Positions 1-9,555 of a stretch of 64,000 nucleotides of DNA are shown in pieces. Every line of letters starts with the position of its first letter. The first letter of the stretch is position 1. The stretch comes from Candidatus Obscuribacterales bacterium. GTDB taxonomy: Bacteria; Cyanobacteriota; Vampirovibrionia; Obscuribacterales; Obscuribacteraceae. The stretch is taken from contig CBDDIJ010000005.1 of assembly GCA_965228855.1 (NCBI GenBank), positions 736,001 to 800,000 on the forward strand. Direction: 5' to 3'. The position numbers and the translations under genes are program-made. Under the pieces are notes generated by a model. It searched no databases. It was not told the DNA's origin and saw nothing but the letters and a program-made list of their open reading frames with translations.

Positions 1-1047
1 CCGGCAAATCGTTTCCAAAACATGAAGGAGTTCAAAGCCGCACTAGAGGATTTGAAAGACGTCGGAGAATTTGTCGAGGAAATTGAACTTAAGATTCCCC
101 GAGAGAAATATAAACTGGGTAGGCACGGAAAACAGGCACTCCTTGTCGCTGTAATGGTCGCGCTATTTGGCGTAATTACCGGCATGGCGGTGATAATGAA
201 AGGCGATCGCGACTTGAAAGCGATAAAGGAAGTTCAAAAACCAGCAGAGAAAATTGAAAAGAGACCAAAGGTTATTAAGCAGAAACCTAAGGACCAAATT
301 CCTACTGGCTTTGAAATTGACAGTCAATCCTGGTGGAAAGCGCCTTTGAACCGCGACGAGGATTTTTACAGATTGCTCGGAAGCGGAGTAAAGAGGTTGA
401 ATGTCTCCTACAATCCACGCCTTACAGCCAAAGGTATGGAAATAATTTCGGACCTCAACCTCGACTCACTGAGCCTTGAAGAAACAAGAATCGGGGACGA
501 GTCTATCGATTACTTGAACAAGATGAATTTACAAACGCTAGATATTCGAAGCACAAGATTCTCAAATGCTGGTCTGGCTCGCCTTGCGCCCAGTAAACGC
601 CTAGCGGCGTTAGACGTTGCATATATGAAACACTTTGACGATAAGACGCTTGCGCTGATTGTGAAAAAATTTCCAAATCTCAAGCGCCTGATCATCAGCA
701 ACACTCTTGTCACTCCCAAAGGTCTAGCGACATTAAAAGCTTTAAGACTGACAAGAATATCGGCGTCCGGATTGAAGCTTACCGACAAGGATATGGATAT
801 ATTTGCGATACTAAACCCTGAATCACTTGATCTGGAGGGAAACTTCATCACGAAGGAATGTATACCTGATATCAAGCGCATAACTAACCTGAAGTGGGTT
901 GGTTTCGACTTCACGGCCGTGCCACCAGAAGCAGTGGCAGAGCTCAAGCGATGGAAACCGGATCTTGTTGTGTCAAATCGAAAACCAGATGACAAACAAG
1001 TCGACGAAATGACGGAAACTTTGTTCAACGCAGATGACCATATTTAA
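1..1047 (+). CDS. 5'-truncated Ser/Thr kinase-type membrane protein with C-terminal leucine-rich repeats (only end of kinase domain, TM and LRR ectodomain visible)
   Basis: Frame is open from base 1 (PANRFQNMKEF, typical kinase subdomain XI end). It is followed by a TM segment (ALLVAVMVALFGVITGMAVIM) and LxxLxL repeats. The C-terminal part is similar to the kinase at 11553. Confidence 0.75.
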   Translation, partial: PANRFQNMKEFKAALEDLKDVGEFVEEIELKIPREKYKLGRHGKQALLVAVMVALFGVITGMAVIMKGDRDLKAIKEVQKPAEKIEKRPKVIKQKPKDQIPTGFEIDSQSWWKAPLNRDEDFYRLLGSGVKRLNVSYNPRLTAKGMEIISDLNLDSLSLEETRIGDESIDYLNKMNLQTLDIRSTRFSNAGLARLAPSKRLAALDVAYMKHFDDKTLALIVKKFPNLKRLIISNTLVTPKGLATLKALRLTRISASGLKLTDKDMDIFAILNPESLDLEGNFITKECIPDIKRITNLKWVGFDFTAVPPEAVAELKRWKPDLVVSNRKPDDKQVDEMTETLFNADDHI

Positions 1048-1063
1048 CACCTGAGGGCGATCC

Positions 1064-1456
1064 GTGAAAACTAATTTAAAAATTCGAAGCAGCAAACTCT
1101 CAGTTAGTGAAACAGCCGCCAAGCTAAAATCACTGCTGGAAACAAAAAACATCAAATTATTCGCTCACATAGATCACAGCGCGGCAGCTAAGGAAAACGG
1201 AATGGAGCTCAGCGACGAGCAAGTTCTCATATTCGGAGACCCGAAGGTGGGAACCCACCTGATGCAGGAAGAACCTGCGATTGGATTAGAGCTGCCGCTT
1301 AGAATGCTGATTTGGAGCGAAGATGGTACAAAAGTGGCATACAGAGAGCCTCTTTCCTATCTGGAAGAGTTCAATGTCATTCGCAATCGCGAAGTAATCA
1401 AAAAAATGTCCATACTCATGGACACGTTATCTAAGGCAATAGCTGAAGTAGATTAA
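1064..1456 (+). CDS. DUF302 domain protein
   Basis: IDHSAAA...LIFGDPKVGTHLMQ...GLELPLRMLIW is the DUF302 signature. Confidence 0.85.
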   Translation: MKTNLKIRSSKLSVSETAAKLKSLLETKNIKLFAHIDHSAAAKENGMELSDEQVLIFGDPKVGTHLMQEEPAIGLELPLRMLIWSEDGTKVAYREPLSYLEEFNVIRNREVIKKMSILMDTLSKAIAEVD

Positions 1457-1466
1457 GGAGAAGCAT

Positions 1467-1856
1467 ATGCTGGACGGTCTTGTAGGGAAATGGAAAGTGA
1501 TTGGTTGCCAGCTCAACGGACGATGGCTTCCGTACAGTATTTTTCAGGAGTTCAGGTACAGCTTTTTAGCTAACGATACCTTCAAACTCGAATGGGCTGA
1601 ATTATCCTTCCCCCAATATGTAGGCGGTTTTCCGAAGTCGGAAACGGGCAAAGTGGTTTTCGGGAAATCAAACAAACCGAGCGAAATTGACCTGATTCCC
1701 GATGACGGTCCATTTGCTGGCAAAGCATTGCTCGGAATATTCGAGCTGGATCATGACGTACTAAAGGCTATTTTTTCTTTTCCTGGAACAGAACGTCCAA
1801 CGGTGTTTAACACTAAACAGGGACAGGTCTATGAAATCTGGCAGAGAGTTGAATAG
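1467..1856 (+). CDS. TIGR03067-like domain protein
   Basis: L.GKWKV...KPSEIDLIP..GP..GK.LLGIFELDHD.LK.....PG.ERPT.F pattern; AGGAG RBS upstream. Confidence 0.7.
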   Translation: MLDGLVGKWKVIGCQLNGRWLPYSIFQEFRYSFLANDTFKLEWAELSFPQYVGGFPKSETGKVVFGKSNKPSEIDLIPDDGPFAGKALLGIFELDHDVLKAIFSFPGTERPTVFNTKQGQVYEIWQRVE

Positions 1857-1969
1857 ATACTGACAGAGCAAGCGGAGAAATTTCGTTGTACGTCTAGCTT
1901 GAACCGCACCGAAATATACAGGTCCGAAAATGGCGAGTAACTTCCTGTCGGCGAAGTTAGAATGATGGC

Positions 1970-3517
1970 ATGCAATTAAATCCCGACATCTGCTATCAGG
2001 CACTCCTCACCCACGACCGACGTTTCGACGGTGTGTTTTTTGTAGGCGTAAAAACAACTGGCATTTACTGCCGGACTGTTTGTCCCGCCAAAACGCCACA
2101 ATTGAAGAGCTGCACGTTTTTCAGTAACGCTGCGCTGGCTGAGAAAGATGGCTTCCGTCCATGCTTGCGATGCCGACCGGAACTAGCTCCAGGCAATGGC
2201 ATCATGGATTCGGTCCCGCGCCTGGCAGCAATCGCGGCTAACAGAATCGAGGACGGTGCGCTCCGCGACGGTACGCTCGACGACCTAGCAAATGACATGG
2301 GAATCAGCTCGCGACATTTGCGCAGAGTGATCGAGAAAGAGTTCGGCGTCAGTCCGATCGAACTGGCACAAACTCAACGTTTGTTATATGCGAAACGATT
2401 GCTAGCAGACACCCAAATTCCGATAACGGAAATAGCGTTTGCTAGCGGTTTCTCAAGCGTTCGCCGGTTCAACACCCTTTTGAAAGAACGGTACGGATTG
2501 AACCCTACCGACATTCGCAAGTCGACGGGCCGATTAAGAACCGAAACGGCCAATGGAACCAACATGTCTTACATTGAACCAAACATTCTTCGATGCGAAA
2601 TTCATTACACTCCGCCGTTTGATTGGAAGAAAACGCTTGCCTTTCTTAAAGCCAGATCCACAGCCGGCATCGAGATGGTTGACGAAGAAAAATATTTTCG
2701 AACAGCGTCATTCGGTAAGCACAATGGCTGGCTGATTGTAGAACCTTCTGAAAACGAGAATTCGTTAAGCGTAAGCATCTCAGAATCACTCGCTCCAGCG
2801 TTCCCAAGTGTTGTAGCCCGCGTGAAACGCTTATTCGATACTTTCGCAGACCCAAAAGTGATCGCAGATTGCCTCGGAGATCTAGCCCAAACGACACCGG
2901 GAATCAGAGTTCCCGGAAGCTTCGATGGGTTTGAAATGGCGCTGAGAGCCATTCTCGGTCAGCAAGTTTCAGTCGCCGCAGCCACCACTTTGGCAGGTAG
3001 AGTTGCCGCAAAATTCGGCGCTCATATCGAAACACCTTTTGAAAAATTGAGACTGCTAACACCAAACGCAGAGAAACTAGCGAAAGCAGAAGTTTCCGAG
3101 GTCACCACTCTCGGTATCACTACCTCGAGAGCAGAAACGCTTTTGACCCTGGCTCGCGCTGCAGCAAACGGGGAACTATCGTTGGAACCTGGTGCGGACG
3201 TGGAGCGAACAATCGAAAAACTGGTCTCAATGAAAGGCATCGGCGAATGGACAGCCCATTACATCGCCATGCGGGCACTAAGCTGGCCGGACGCATTTCC
3301 ACACGCCGACCTGGGAATCAGGAAGGCAATGAATATGACATCGAAAAGCGAGCTGATCTTAGCAAGCGAAAAATGGCGTCCCTGGCGTTCCTATGCGGTC
3401 ATGCAGTTATGGAACAGCCTGCCGGCAACGGCTCCGATTGCGAAGGAGAAACCAGCCGCAAGAAAAGCGACGCTGGCGAAAACAGTTTCAAATAAAAAAC
3501 CTAAAACGAAAGTCTAA
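1970..3517 (+). CDS. alkA: Ada Zn-binding/AraC-HTH fused DNA-3-methyladenine glycosylase II (AdaA-AlkA)
   Basis: TGIYCRTVCPA..P and GFRPCLRCRP (Ada Zn site), AraC HTH (IAFASGFSSVRRFN), AILGQQVSVAAA, HhH GIGEWTAHY, DAFP..DLG, WRPWRSYA. Confidence 0.93.
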   Translation: MQLNPDICYQALLTHDRRFDGVFFVGVKTTGIYCRTVCPAKTPQLKSCTFFSNAALAEKDGFRPCLRCRPELAPGNGIMDSVPRLAAIAANRIEDGALRDGTLDDLANDMGISSRHLRRVIEKEFGVSPIELAQTQRLLYAKRLLADTQIPITEIAFASGFSSVRRFNTLLKERYGLNPTDIRKSTGRLRTETANGTNMSYIEPNILRCEIHYTPPFDWKKTLAFLKARSTAGIEMVDEEKYFRTASFGKHNGWLIVEPSENENSLSVSISESLAPAFPSVVARVKRLFDTFADPKVIADCLGDLAQTTPGIRVPGSFDGFEMALRAILGQQVSVAAATTLAGRVAAKFGAHIETPFEKLRLLTPNAEKLAKAEVSEVTTLGITTSRAETLLTLARAAANGELSLEPGADVERTIEKLVSMKGIGEWTAHYIAMRALSWPDAFPHADLGIRKAMNMTSKSELILASEKWRPWRSYAVMQLWNSLPATAPIAKEKPAARKATLAKTVSNKKPKTKV

Positions 3518-3555
3518 TCAGAACATAGCTAAAATAGATGCACAAGGAGGATGTT

Positions 3556-4044
3556 ATGAAAACCTACTTCACGTTTTTTCGCAGCCCAATAGGCGAAATC
3601 ATGCTGAATTCAAACGGCTCGGCACTGACCGGCTTGTACAATGAAAACGCCAGACATTCTCCCAATGTTTCACGCGAGTGGGAAGAGACTGATGAACTGT
3701 CAATCTTCAAGACCGCAAAAACTCAGCTAAGAGAATATTTTGATGGCGAACGCAAAAGTTTTGATCTGCAATTTGAAACTGGTGGCACGCAATTTCAGAA
3801 AGAAGTTTGGGAGCAATTACTGAAAATTCCGTTTGGAGAAACGCTCACCTACCGAGACATCGCACATCGAATAGGCAGACCCAAAGCCGTTCGAGCTGTG
3901 GGAGCTGCAAACGGAAAAAATCCGATCTCGATCATGATTCCCTGCCACCGCGTGATCGGAATGAACGGAACCTTAACCGGCTACGCAGGCGGTTTAGACC
4001 GCAAGAATTTCCTGTTGGAACTTGAGATGATTCGAAATGGATGA
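3556..4044 (+). CDS. ogt: Methylated-DNA--protein-cysteine methyltransferase
   Basis: [23 protein letters not shown] and the PCHRV active-site motif. ATG at 3556 follows AAGGAGG. Confidence 0.95.
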   Translation: MKTYFTFFRSPIGEIMLNSNGSALTGLYNENARHSPNVSREWEETDELSIFKTAKTQLREYFDGERKSFDLQFETGGTQFQKEVWEQLLKIPFGETLTYRDIAHRIGRPKAVRAVGAANGKNPISIMIPCHRVIGMNGTLTGYAGGLDRKNFLLELEMIRNG

Positions 4045-4194
4045 ATTTAACCATGCTGGCGTTTCGCTTTGCCGGTCCCGAAAAAAAGAGTCTTGCGGAG
4101 TCTGGACAAGTAAGTTCAAGATTCAAGGTTGACGTCCTACTTTTCTCAAATTAACTAGTAAAAGCCCCATGGACTGACCTTCCTATGACGTCGC

Positions 4195-4845
4195 ATGATG
4201 AACTCGTTGGGACGAATCGAAGCATCAGAGGTCACAGACATGTACATCTCGGAACAAGTTTGCGACGAAATTCTTCGCGACACATATGTTGCCGCGCCCT
4301 GCAACGTCGGTTGGGAAAATATGAACGGTGACGATAGAGTGAGAGCTTGCGCCCAATGCCAGCAAAATGTCTACAACACTTCCAGGCTGACAAAACAAGA
4401 ATTGGCTTCGCTAATTGTAGAGAAGGAGGGCAGGATCTGCTTGCGCCTCTATCGAAGAAAAGATGGCACCGTAATGACTGAGAATTGTCCAGTCGGACTG
4501 CGCCGAATTAGAGATGCTATCAAGCTGTGCGCGATTGGTATCCTGCTGGGCATGGCTTGGATAGGGTTGATCGACGAAGCACATGCACAGGGGCTAATAG
4601 GTGCGCCAGTCGATGGAGGCATGTCCCGAGGCGCTCCACCAACTGAACAATGGCAATCATTCACAGAGACGCGAAACATTCAAACTGGTGCGACCGCCCT
4701 CGGCGCCGCAGTGGCTGGATTCTGGCTGATCAAAAGAGCAAAGAGCCATCGCAATTCAGTCTTGCTTATCGCAGCAGTACTCGGTCTGATTTTCGCAGTC
4801 ATCGGCTTCACCTACGGTATGTTGGAACCTGCGACGTCGTTTTAA
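4195..4845 (+). CDS. Hypothetical membrane protein with Cys-rich N-terminal (putative Zn-binding) domain
   Basis: PC...W..M.GDDRVRACAQC..NVYN...GRICLRLYRR.DGT..TENCP, followed by three hydrophobic segments. Confidence 0.65.
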   Translation: MMNSLGRIEASEVTDMYISEQVCDEILRDTYVAAPCNVGWENMNGDDRVRACAQCQQNVYNTSRLTKQELASLIVEKEGRICLRLYRRKDGTVMTENCPVGLRRIRDAIKLCAIGILLGMAWIGLIDEAHAQGLIGAPVDGGMSRGAPPTEQWQSFTETRNIQTGATALGAAVAGFWLIKRAKSHRNSVLLIAAVLGLIFAVIGFTYGMLEPATSF

Positions 4846-4892
4846 TGCAACCGACATGTTCGAGGGACACTCGATTTGGTGTTAGACACTAA

Positions 4893-5978
4893 CTAGCTCA
4901 TCAAAAGCGCAGCTTCTATCGTCAGCCCGGGACCAAAAGCAAGAGCGACACAGGGGAATTGCGGGGATTTCCGACCAGTCAGGATTTTCTCGAGAACAAA
5001 CAAAACGGTCGGCGACGACATATTTCCGAATTCAGACAGAACTTCGCGTGACTCTGCCACGGCATCCGGTGCTAAACGAAGTGACGTTTCAACGGCGTCG
5101 AGAATGCGTGGTCCGCCTGGATGAATCGCCCAGGAATGTATGTCGCAAATTTTGAGACCGTGCTTCGCAAGCCAAGTCTCTAGAAACGGGGGCAAGTACT
5201 GCTCGATCAGCCTCGGCACTTCCGGAGATAAACTCATGGTAAAACCATTGTCGCCGACTCGCCAGCTCATTGCTTCGTCAGAGTCTGCCACCACATACGA
5301 TATCGAATCATGATAATTGATTACGCCGGGTTCGTTTCTCATAACAATCGCCGCGGAGCCGTCGGCGAATAGCGAGTTAGCCACTAAATCATCGGGCGTT
5401 CGACCATATTGGAAGTGAATTGAGCAGATTTCGGCAGCACAGAGAAGAATCACCGCTTCCGGATTGGCGCTCAGAAAACCCTGCGCCACGCGCAACGCAT
5501 TCATTGTCCCGTGGCAGCCCATGAAGCCAATATTGGTTCGAAACGTCTGCCGGCCGAGTGGCAACTGTGTCATCAAGTGGAGATCGAAGCCGGGAGCCGC
5601 AAAGCCTGTGCAAGAAACTGTTATCAAATGCGTAATTTCAGAAGATTTGATTTCAGCGTTAGCAATAGCCTGGCGTGATGCAGCAACAGACAGTCGATTA
5701 GCAAACTCATTGTAAGCAACCATTCTCTGCGCGGTCGAAGGTCCTTTGTCGAATGCATCTACTGGGTCCGGAAAGAACTTTACGCCGGCTCTTCCGTAGC
5801 TCTCTCGTTCGGCAAAAACAATACTACGCTGCTCGATTTCCGTTCTTCGATAAAGACGCTCCAGGACTAGCTTTTCACGCTCACTACTACATGAGAATTT
5901 CATAGCATGTGAGCACGATTCCCCCTGAGATATTGTGTGCTTCGACGAGGCGGTCGCCAGTCCGATTATCCCTGCCAT
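4893..5978 (-). CDS. Type III polyketide synthase (chalcone/stilbene synthase family)
   Basis: Catalytic triad motifs FMGCHG (Cys), AIHPGG (His) and GNMSS (Asn), plus AFGPGLT. Start set at MAGII, overlapping the stop of the upstream gene. Confidence 0.93.
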   Translation of the reverse strand: MAGIIGLATASSKHTISQGESCSHAMKFSCSSEREKLVLERLYRRTEIEQRSIVFAERESYGRAGVKFFPDPVDAFDKGPSTAQRMVAYNEFANRLSVAASRQAIANAEIKSSEITHLITVSCTGFAAPGFDLHLMTQLPLGRQTFRTNIGFMGCHGTMNALRVAQGFLSANPEAVILLCAAEICSIHFQYGRTPDDLVANSLFADGSAAIVMRNEPGVINYHDSISYVVADSDEAMSWRVGDNGFTMSLSPEVPRLIEQYLPPFLETWLAKHGLKICDIHSWAIHPGGPRILDAVETSLRLAPDAVAESREVLSEFGNMSSPTVLFVLEKILTGRKSPQFPCVALAFGPGLTIEAALLMS

Positions 5979-7135
5979 ACTGCTGACCTCACACTCGTGA
6001 TGTACTTTACTGCAGTTGCAGCAATAGACGGAAAGGTGGCTGCAGAATTTATGAGTAGTCGGCGAGTGGTTTCGTTTCTCAAAGTCCGGGCAACCAGGGC
6101 GCTTCGCGACTGCTGCTTTCTGAGGATGCGATAACGGTCTTGCCACGCGGTACTTAATGCAGGTTGCCACTCACGAATACCTCTGGACGCAAGATTTGCT
6201 GTAGCGAGCCCAGACTGCAATGCCCAGGCGATTCCTTCACCGGTGAACGGCTCAGGATAGCCACAGGCATCACCTGCGATGAATAGACGATGTCCGGCTA
6301 CGCGGTCGCGCCGCCGCGTCAACACTTGCGTGCCCGCCCAGTGCGAATCTTTCCACGTTGATGGAGCCGGGAGCCCGCAACCGGCGAGTATATCCGCAGC
6401 AGCCTCGGGCACTCCACTCGCTTTGCGTGAATAGGACGGATCTAATGCTGCAGCTACGTCAAGTCGGCCGTCTTCTAATCGCACCAATCCAACATATCCG
6501 CCGGAACCACACGCCATGTAGATCTTGCCGCTTTCATAAAATGAAGGTGGCTCATCAAGAATAACTCCAGCGCCAAAACGCGACCTACCGCTCACGATTG
6601 GTTTAAACTCATCGCGTCCGTCCAGAGTCCTTCCGGACAGTCCATCAGCTACGATTAAAACTTTAGCCCTCGCAAAACCAGCTTCGGTATCAGGTCCTGC
6701 TAATTGAATTGTATGGAAATCTTCGTCGGATTTTGACACGTGCACCAGCGTGTTTGGGAGAAACCGACACCCCTGGTCGACGGCAAAATCAATCAAATAG
6801 AGATCAAATTTTTCTCGAGAAAGGCTGTAGCTGGATGGCAATTTTATGGATGCCTTCCTGGTTCCATCAAACAATTGAAGTTCATCGAGTTGCACCGCTT
6901 GTTGGCTCCGTAGCAGGTTTTCCAAACCGGCCTCGGCGAGTACTTCCTGTGCAACGCTGTTCAAGCAGCAACCACAGACTTTGTGCCTTGGGAAGCTGGC
7001 TTTATCTACAAGCAGAACCTCGTGACCAAGCTTCGCAAGCCTGAGGGCTGCGATCGCGCCAGCGGGCCCTGCACCGACAACAATGCAATCCCACATTCGC
7101 AGTACGCTCTCCATAATTGGTGCCACCGTTCTCAT
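5966..7135 (-). CDS. FAD-dependent oxidoreductase (geranylgeranyl reductase/halogenase-like family)
   Basis: VVGAGPAG Rossmann motif, FPRHKVCG, ADG, GDA...EPFTGEGI. ATGA overlap with the methyltransferase stop at 7132-7135. Confidence 0.88.
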   Translation of the reverse strand: MRTVAPIMESVLRMWDCIVVGAGPAGAIAALRLAKLGHEVLLVDKASFPRHKVCGCCLNSVAQEVLAEAGLENLLRSQQAVQLDELQLFDGTRKASIKLPSSYSLSREKFDLYLIDFAVDQGCRFLPNTLVHVSKSDEDFHTIQLAGPDTEAGFARAKVLIVADGLSGRTLDGRDEFKPIVSGRSRFGAGVILDEPPSFYESGKIYMACGSGGYVGLVRLEDGRLDVAAALDPSYSRKASGVPEAAADILAGCGLPAPSTWKDSHWAGTQVLTRRRDRVAGHRLFIAGDACGYPEPFTGEGIAWALQSGLATANLASRGIREWQPALSTAWQDRYRILRKQQSRSALVARTLRNETTRRLLINSAATFPSIAATAVKYITSVRSAVWQG

Positions 7136-7884
7136 CTCCTTCTCCAGACCAGAAGCTGGCGGCATGGCGGATGAAGTTGCACAGCACATCCTTGCAGACC
7201 AGCTTCAAGAGCCATGCTTCTCATTTCGCCAGGCGTAAATGCCGCGCGCACCGAAACCGGAGCGTCAAAATGCACGACACTCGAACGTGTGAGGAGACGA
7301 GAGGCGAGCCACACTAGACAGTATGAGAGGCGACTACGCACGAGGTCATTCACCAATATCATTCGTGCATCGCTGGCATGCATGTTGCGCAAAAGTGCGA
7401 TAACATCTTCAGGATCTAAATGATGCGTAAACAAAGAAGTCATCACTACATCAAAACCACTCGGAATCTTTTCTTTCAAGGCATCGAGTTGCATGAACGT
7501 GACCCTGGACTGCCAATCAGATGAATCCGCACCAGAACAGCTTCTCTTCGCTTTTTCGTTAGCGTAATCTATCGCACTTGGACTGATATCGGTTCCTACA
7601 AATTCAAAATTACGATTGGCGCTCGCTGCCATTCGCGCAAGCCTGATTAGATTTTCACCACCACCGGTGGCAACATCCAGGACGCGTAATTTGTCGGTCC
7701 CTGCAGACGCGCGATAAGAATCATTCTCCGGGGAGCCGTCGAACTTTTTCAGCTCACTCCAGAGAACCTCAGAAGCGCCACTCAATCTGTTCAGCAAATC
7801 AAGACCGTCAAGTGCTTCGATATGAAGCGCTCGGTCGAGCTGGGGATCATCCATTAATTCAGGGATTCGCGAACGAAGCAGCAT
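7132..7884 (-). CDS. SAM-dependent methyltransferase-domain protein (type III PKS-associated)
   Basis: ELMDDP N-terminus, VLDVATGGG motif I, SLFTHHL, NDLVRS, DAPVSVRAAFT. Confidence 0.85.
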   Translation of the reverse strand: MLLRSRIPELMDDPQLDRALHIEALDGLDLLNRLSGASEVLWSELKKFDGSPENDSYRASAGTDKLRVLDVATGGGENLIRLARMAASANRNFEFVGTDISPSAIDYANEKAKRSCSGADSSDWQSRVTFMQLDALKEKIPSGFDVVMTSLFTHHLDPEDVIALLRNMHASDARMILVNDLVRSRLSYCLVWLASRLLTRSSVVHFDAPVSVRAAFTPGEMRSMALEAGLQGCAVQLHPPCRQLLVWRRR

Positions 7885-8163
7885 AGTTAGCGACCTCAAG
7901 CGGAATGGACATTATATCCATTTGTGTTTCGTCTGCGTTAGACAATGCAATCCTGGAAAAACTAAACTTATCTTCGCTCTAGTCGGGATCGGCAGCTCTG
8001 CTCACGAATTACTAACATAACTGAAAATAAGCCGAACTGAAGTAACTTCGACCCTTTGAAGGCAATAAAAGTTGAATCTAGGTCTGGACTGGTTCCTTCA
8101 TTAGAAGAAACATTTGGTGCGCTCGATTATCATAGGCTTGAAGACTTATCCCAGGTATTTTGT

Positions 8164-8889
8164 ATGGCAAACAGCAAATTTTTCACCACAGTCGGAATCA
8201 ACGCGCTTTTTTTGCTAACTGCCAGCAGCGCGTTCGCCTTAGATTCGCAGCAACAAAACAGGCGTTGCATAATCACGCAAGGCGATGGTCAGGTGAATAT
8301 AAATCCAGATATTTTTCGAATAAGTGCACGAATTGAAACTCGAGGTCCGATCCTCAAAGAAGTCTTTGAAAACAATAGAAAAACCGCCGAAAGTGTAATG
8401 GCGCTGCGAGACACATTTAAATTGCAGGCGGAAGACATTCAGGTTAGTGATTTTAGAGTCGGGCGAGAACACAATCATTCAATAAAGCGCAACTCTCAGT
8501 CTTATTGCGTGACCCGGTCGGTTCGAATTACAGCACATGACAGACAGACTGTAAGCGAACTCATCGAAAGCCTTCTCAGCGCTGGCTGTAGCGAGATCGA
8601 TTCCGTCTCGCCTGAAACATCTACTCCCAGGAAATACAGAGATCAAGCAAGATCACTGGCGGTCAAGGCCGCGAAGGAAAAAGCGGAGCTTATGGCAGCC
8701 GAGCTTAACGCAAAAGTTGGAAAAGCAATACGCATACAGGAAATGCCCTTGCAGTTCTCCAATCGTGGCGGTCCGTATAACAATATATTCACGATTGAGC
8801 GATTGAATTTCGACTCAACGGACACTCCCGAAACACTTGGGCAAATAAAAATTCTTGGCACGGTCCAAGTTGAGTTCGAGTTGGAATGA
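8164..8889 (+). CDS. SIMPL domain (DUF541) protein, exported
   Basis: Signal peptide-like N-terminus (…ASSAFA), GDGQVNINPD, ARSLAVKAAKEKAELMA, terminal VQVEFEL. Confidence 0.85.
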   Translation: MANSKFFTTVGINALFLLTASSAFALDSQQQNRRCIITQGDGQVNINPDIFRISARIETRGPILKEVFENNRKTAESVMALRDTFKLQAEDIQVSDFRVGREHNHSIKRNSQSYCVTRSVRITAHDRQTVSELIESLLSAGCSEIDSVSPETSTPRKYRDQARSLAVKAAKEKAELMAAELNAKVGKAIRIQEMPLQFSNRGGPYNNIFTIERLNFDSTDTPETLGQIKILGTVQVEFELE

Positions 8890-8950
8890 GTCGTATGAAA
8901 GTTTCGGCGCGCTCGTTTATCATATGGTTCCGCATTCTAAGAGTTAAACC

Positions 8951-9457
8951 ATGGCAACACTAAATTCAGAAGATCAGGATTACAAGAGCTATTTCGAGAT
9001 TCGCGCAGGCGAAAAGTTCGAGCAGAATGTTGGCGATAAGGTACAGACGTGGCAGTTTTTCTCGCTGACAATCGCTTGTGGTGAGCGCGTATTGTCGTTC
9101 ACCAGCCCATCCGAAGAGAAGCATGACTATGAGGGCTTCATCAATGATGTAACTCGGGTTGCCGACGGTTACCTTGTTTGCCGCGCTTCACGCGATGAGA
9201 TTGGCAGATTGGTCACGGGGCTTGAAAAGTTCAACAGAGGAGAACTGCCAAAATTACTGTTTGAACCGGTCGAACCATCGTTCGAGTTTATGCTTGAGAG
9301 ACAGCACGAAGACGAGATTCGAGCAACTGTTTTCGTTGATGAAGGTAATGTTTTGACTGAGATTGCGCGCTGGGATGCTCTTGGGCTGCGCTTCTTCACA
9401 AATCAAAAGGCTGTACGAGCCTTCATCGATGAGCTCAAGACCGAATTCGGCGCTTAA
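8951..9457 (+). CDS. Hypothetical protein (possibly WapI-like immunity fold)
   Basis: 168-aa ORF. The pattern W..F.L.I...E...L..GL......L.FEP.EPSF.F.L...F.T.Q..V..FI.EL resembles WapI-type proteins; recalled from memory only. Confidence 0.55.
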   Translation: MATLNSEDQDYKSYFEIRAGEKFEQNVGDKVQTWQFFSLTIACGERVLSFTSPSEEKHDYEGFINDVTRVADGYLVCRASRDEIGRLVTGLEKFNRGELPKLLFEPVEPSFEFMLERQHEDEIRATVFVDEGNVLTEIARWDALGLRFFTNQKAVRAFIDELKTEFGA

Positions 9458-9555
9458 AAGCCCCAAATGCCTGGTAAAATTGCCGTCTTACATGTTTTGT
9501 ACTCATGTTAATTACTGCTGGCAGTTTGTAGATGCCAGCGCAAAGGAGCATTTAT

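Noticed and set aside
9458..9555. T-box leader upstream of thrS
   Set aside because: The intergenic region is under 100 bp and has no T-box consensus.
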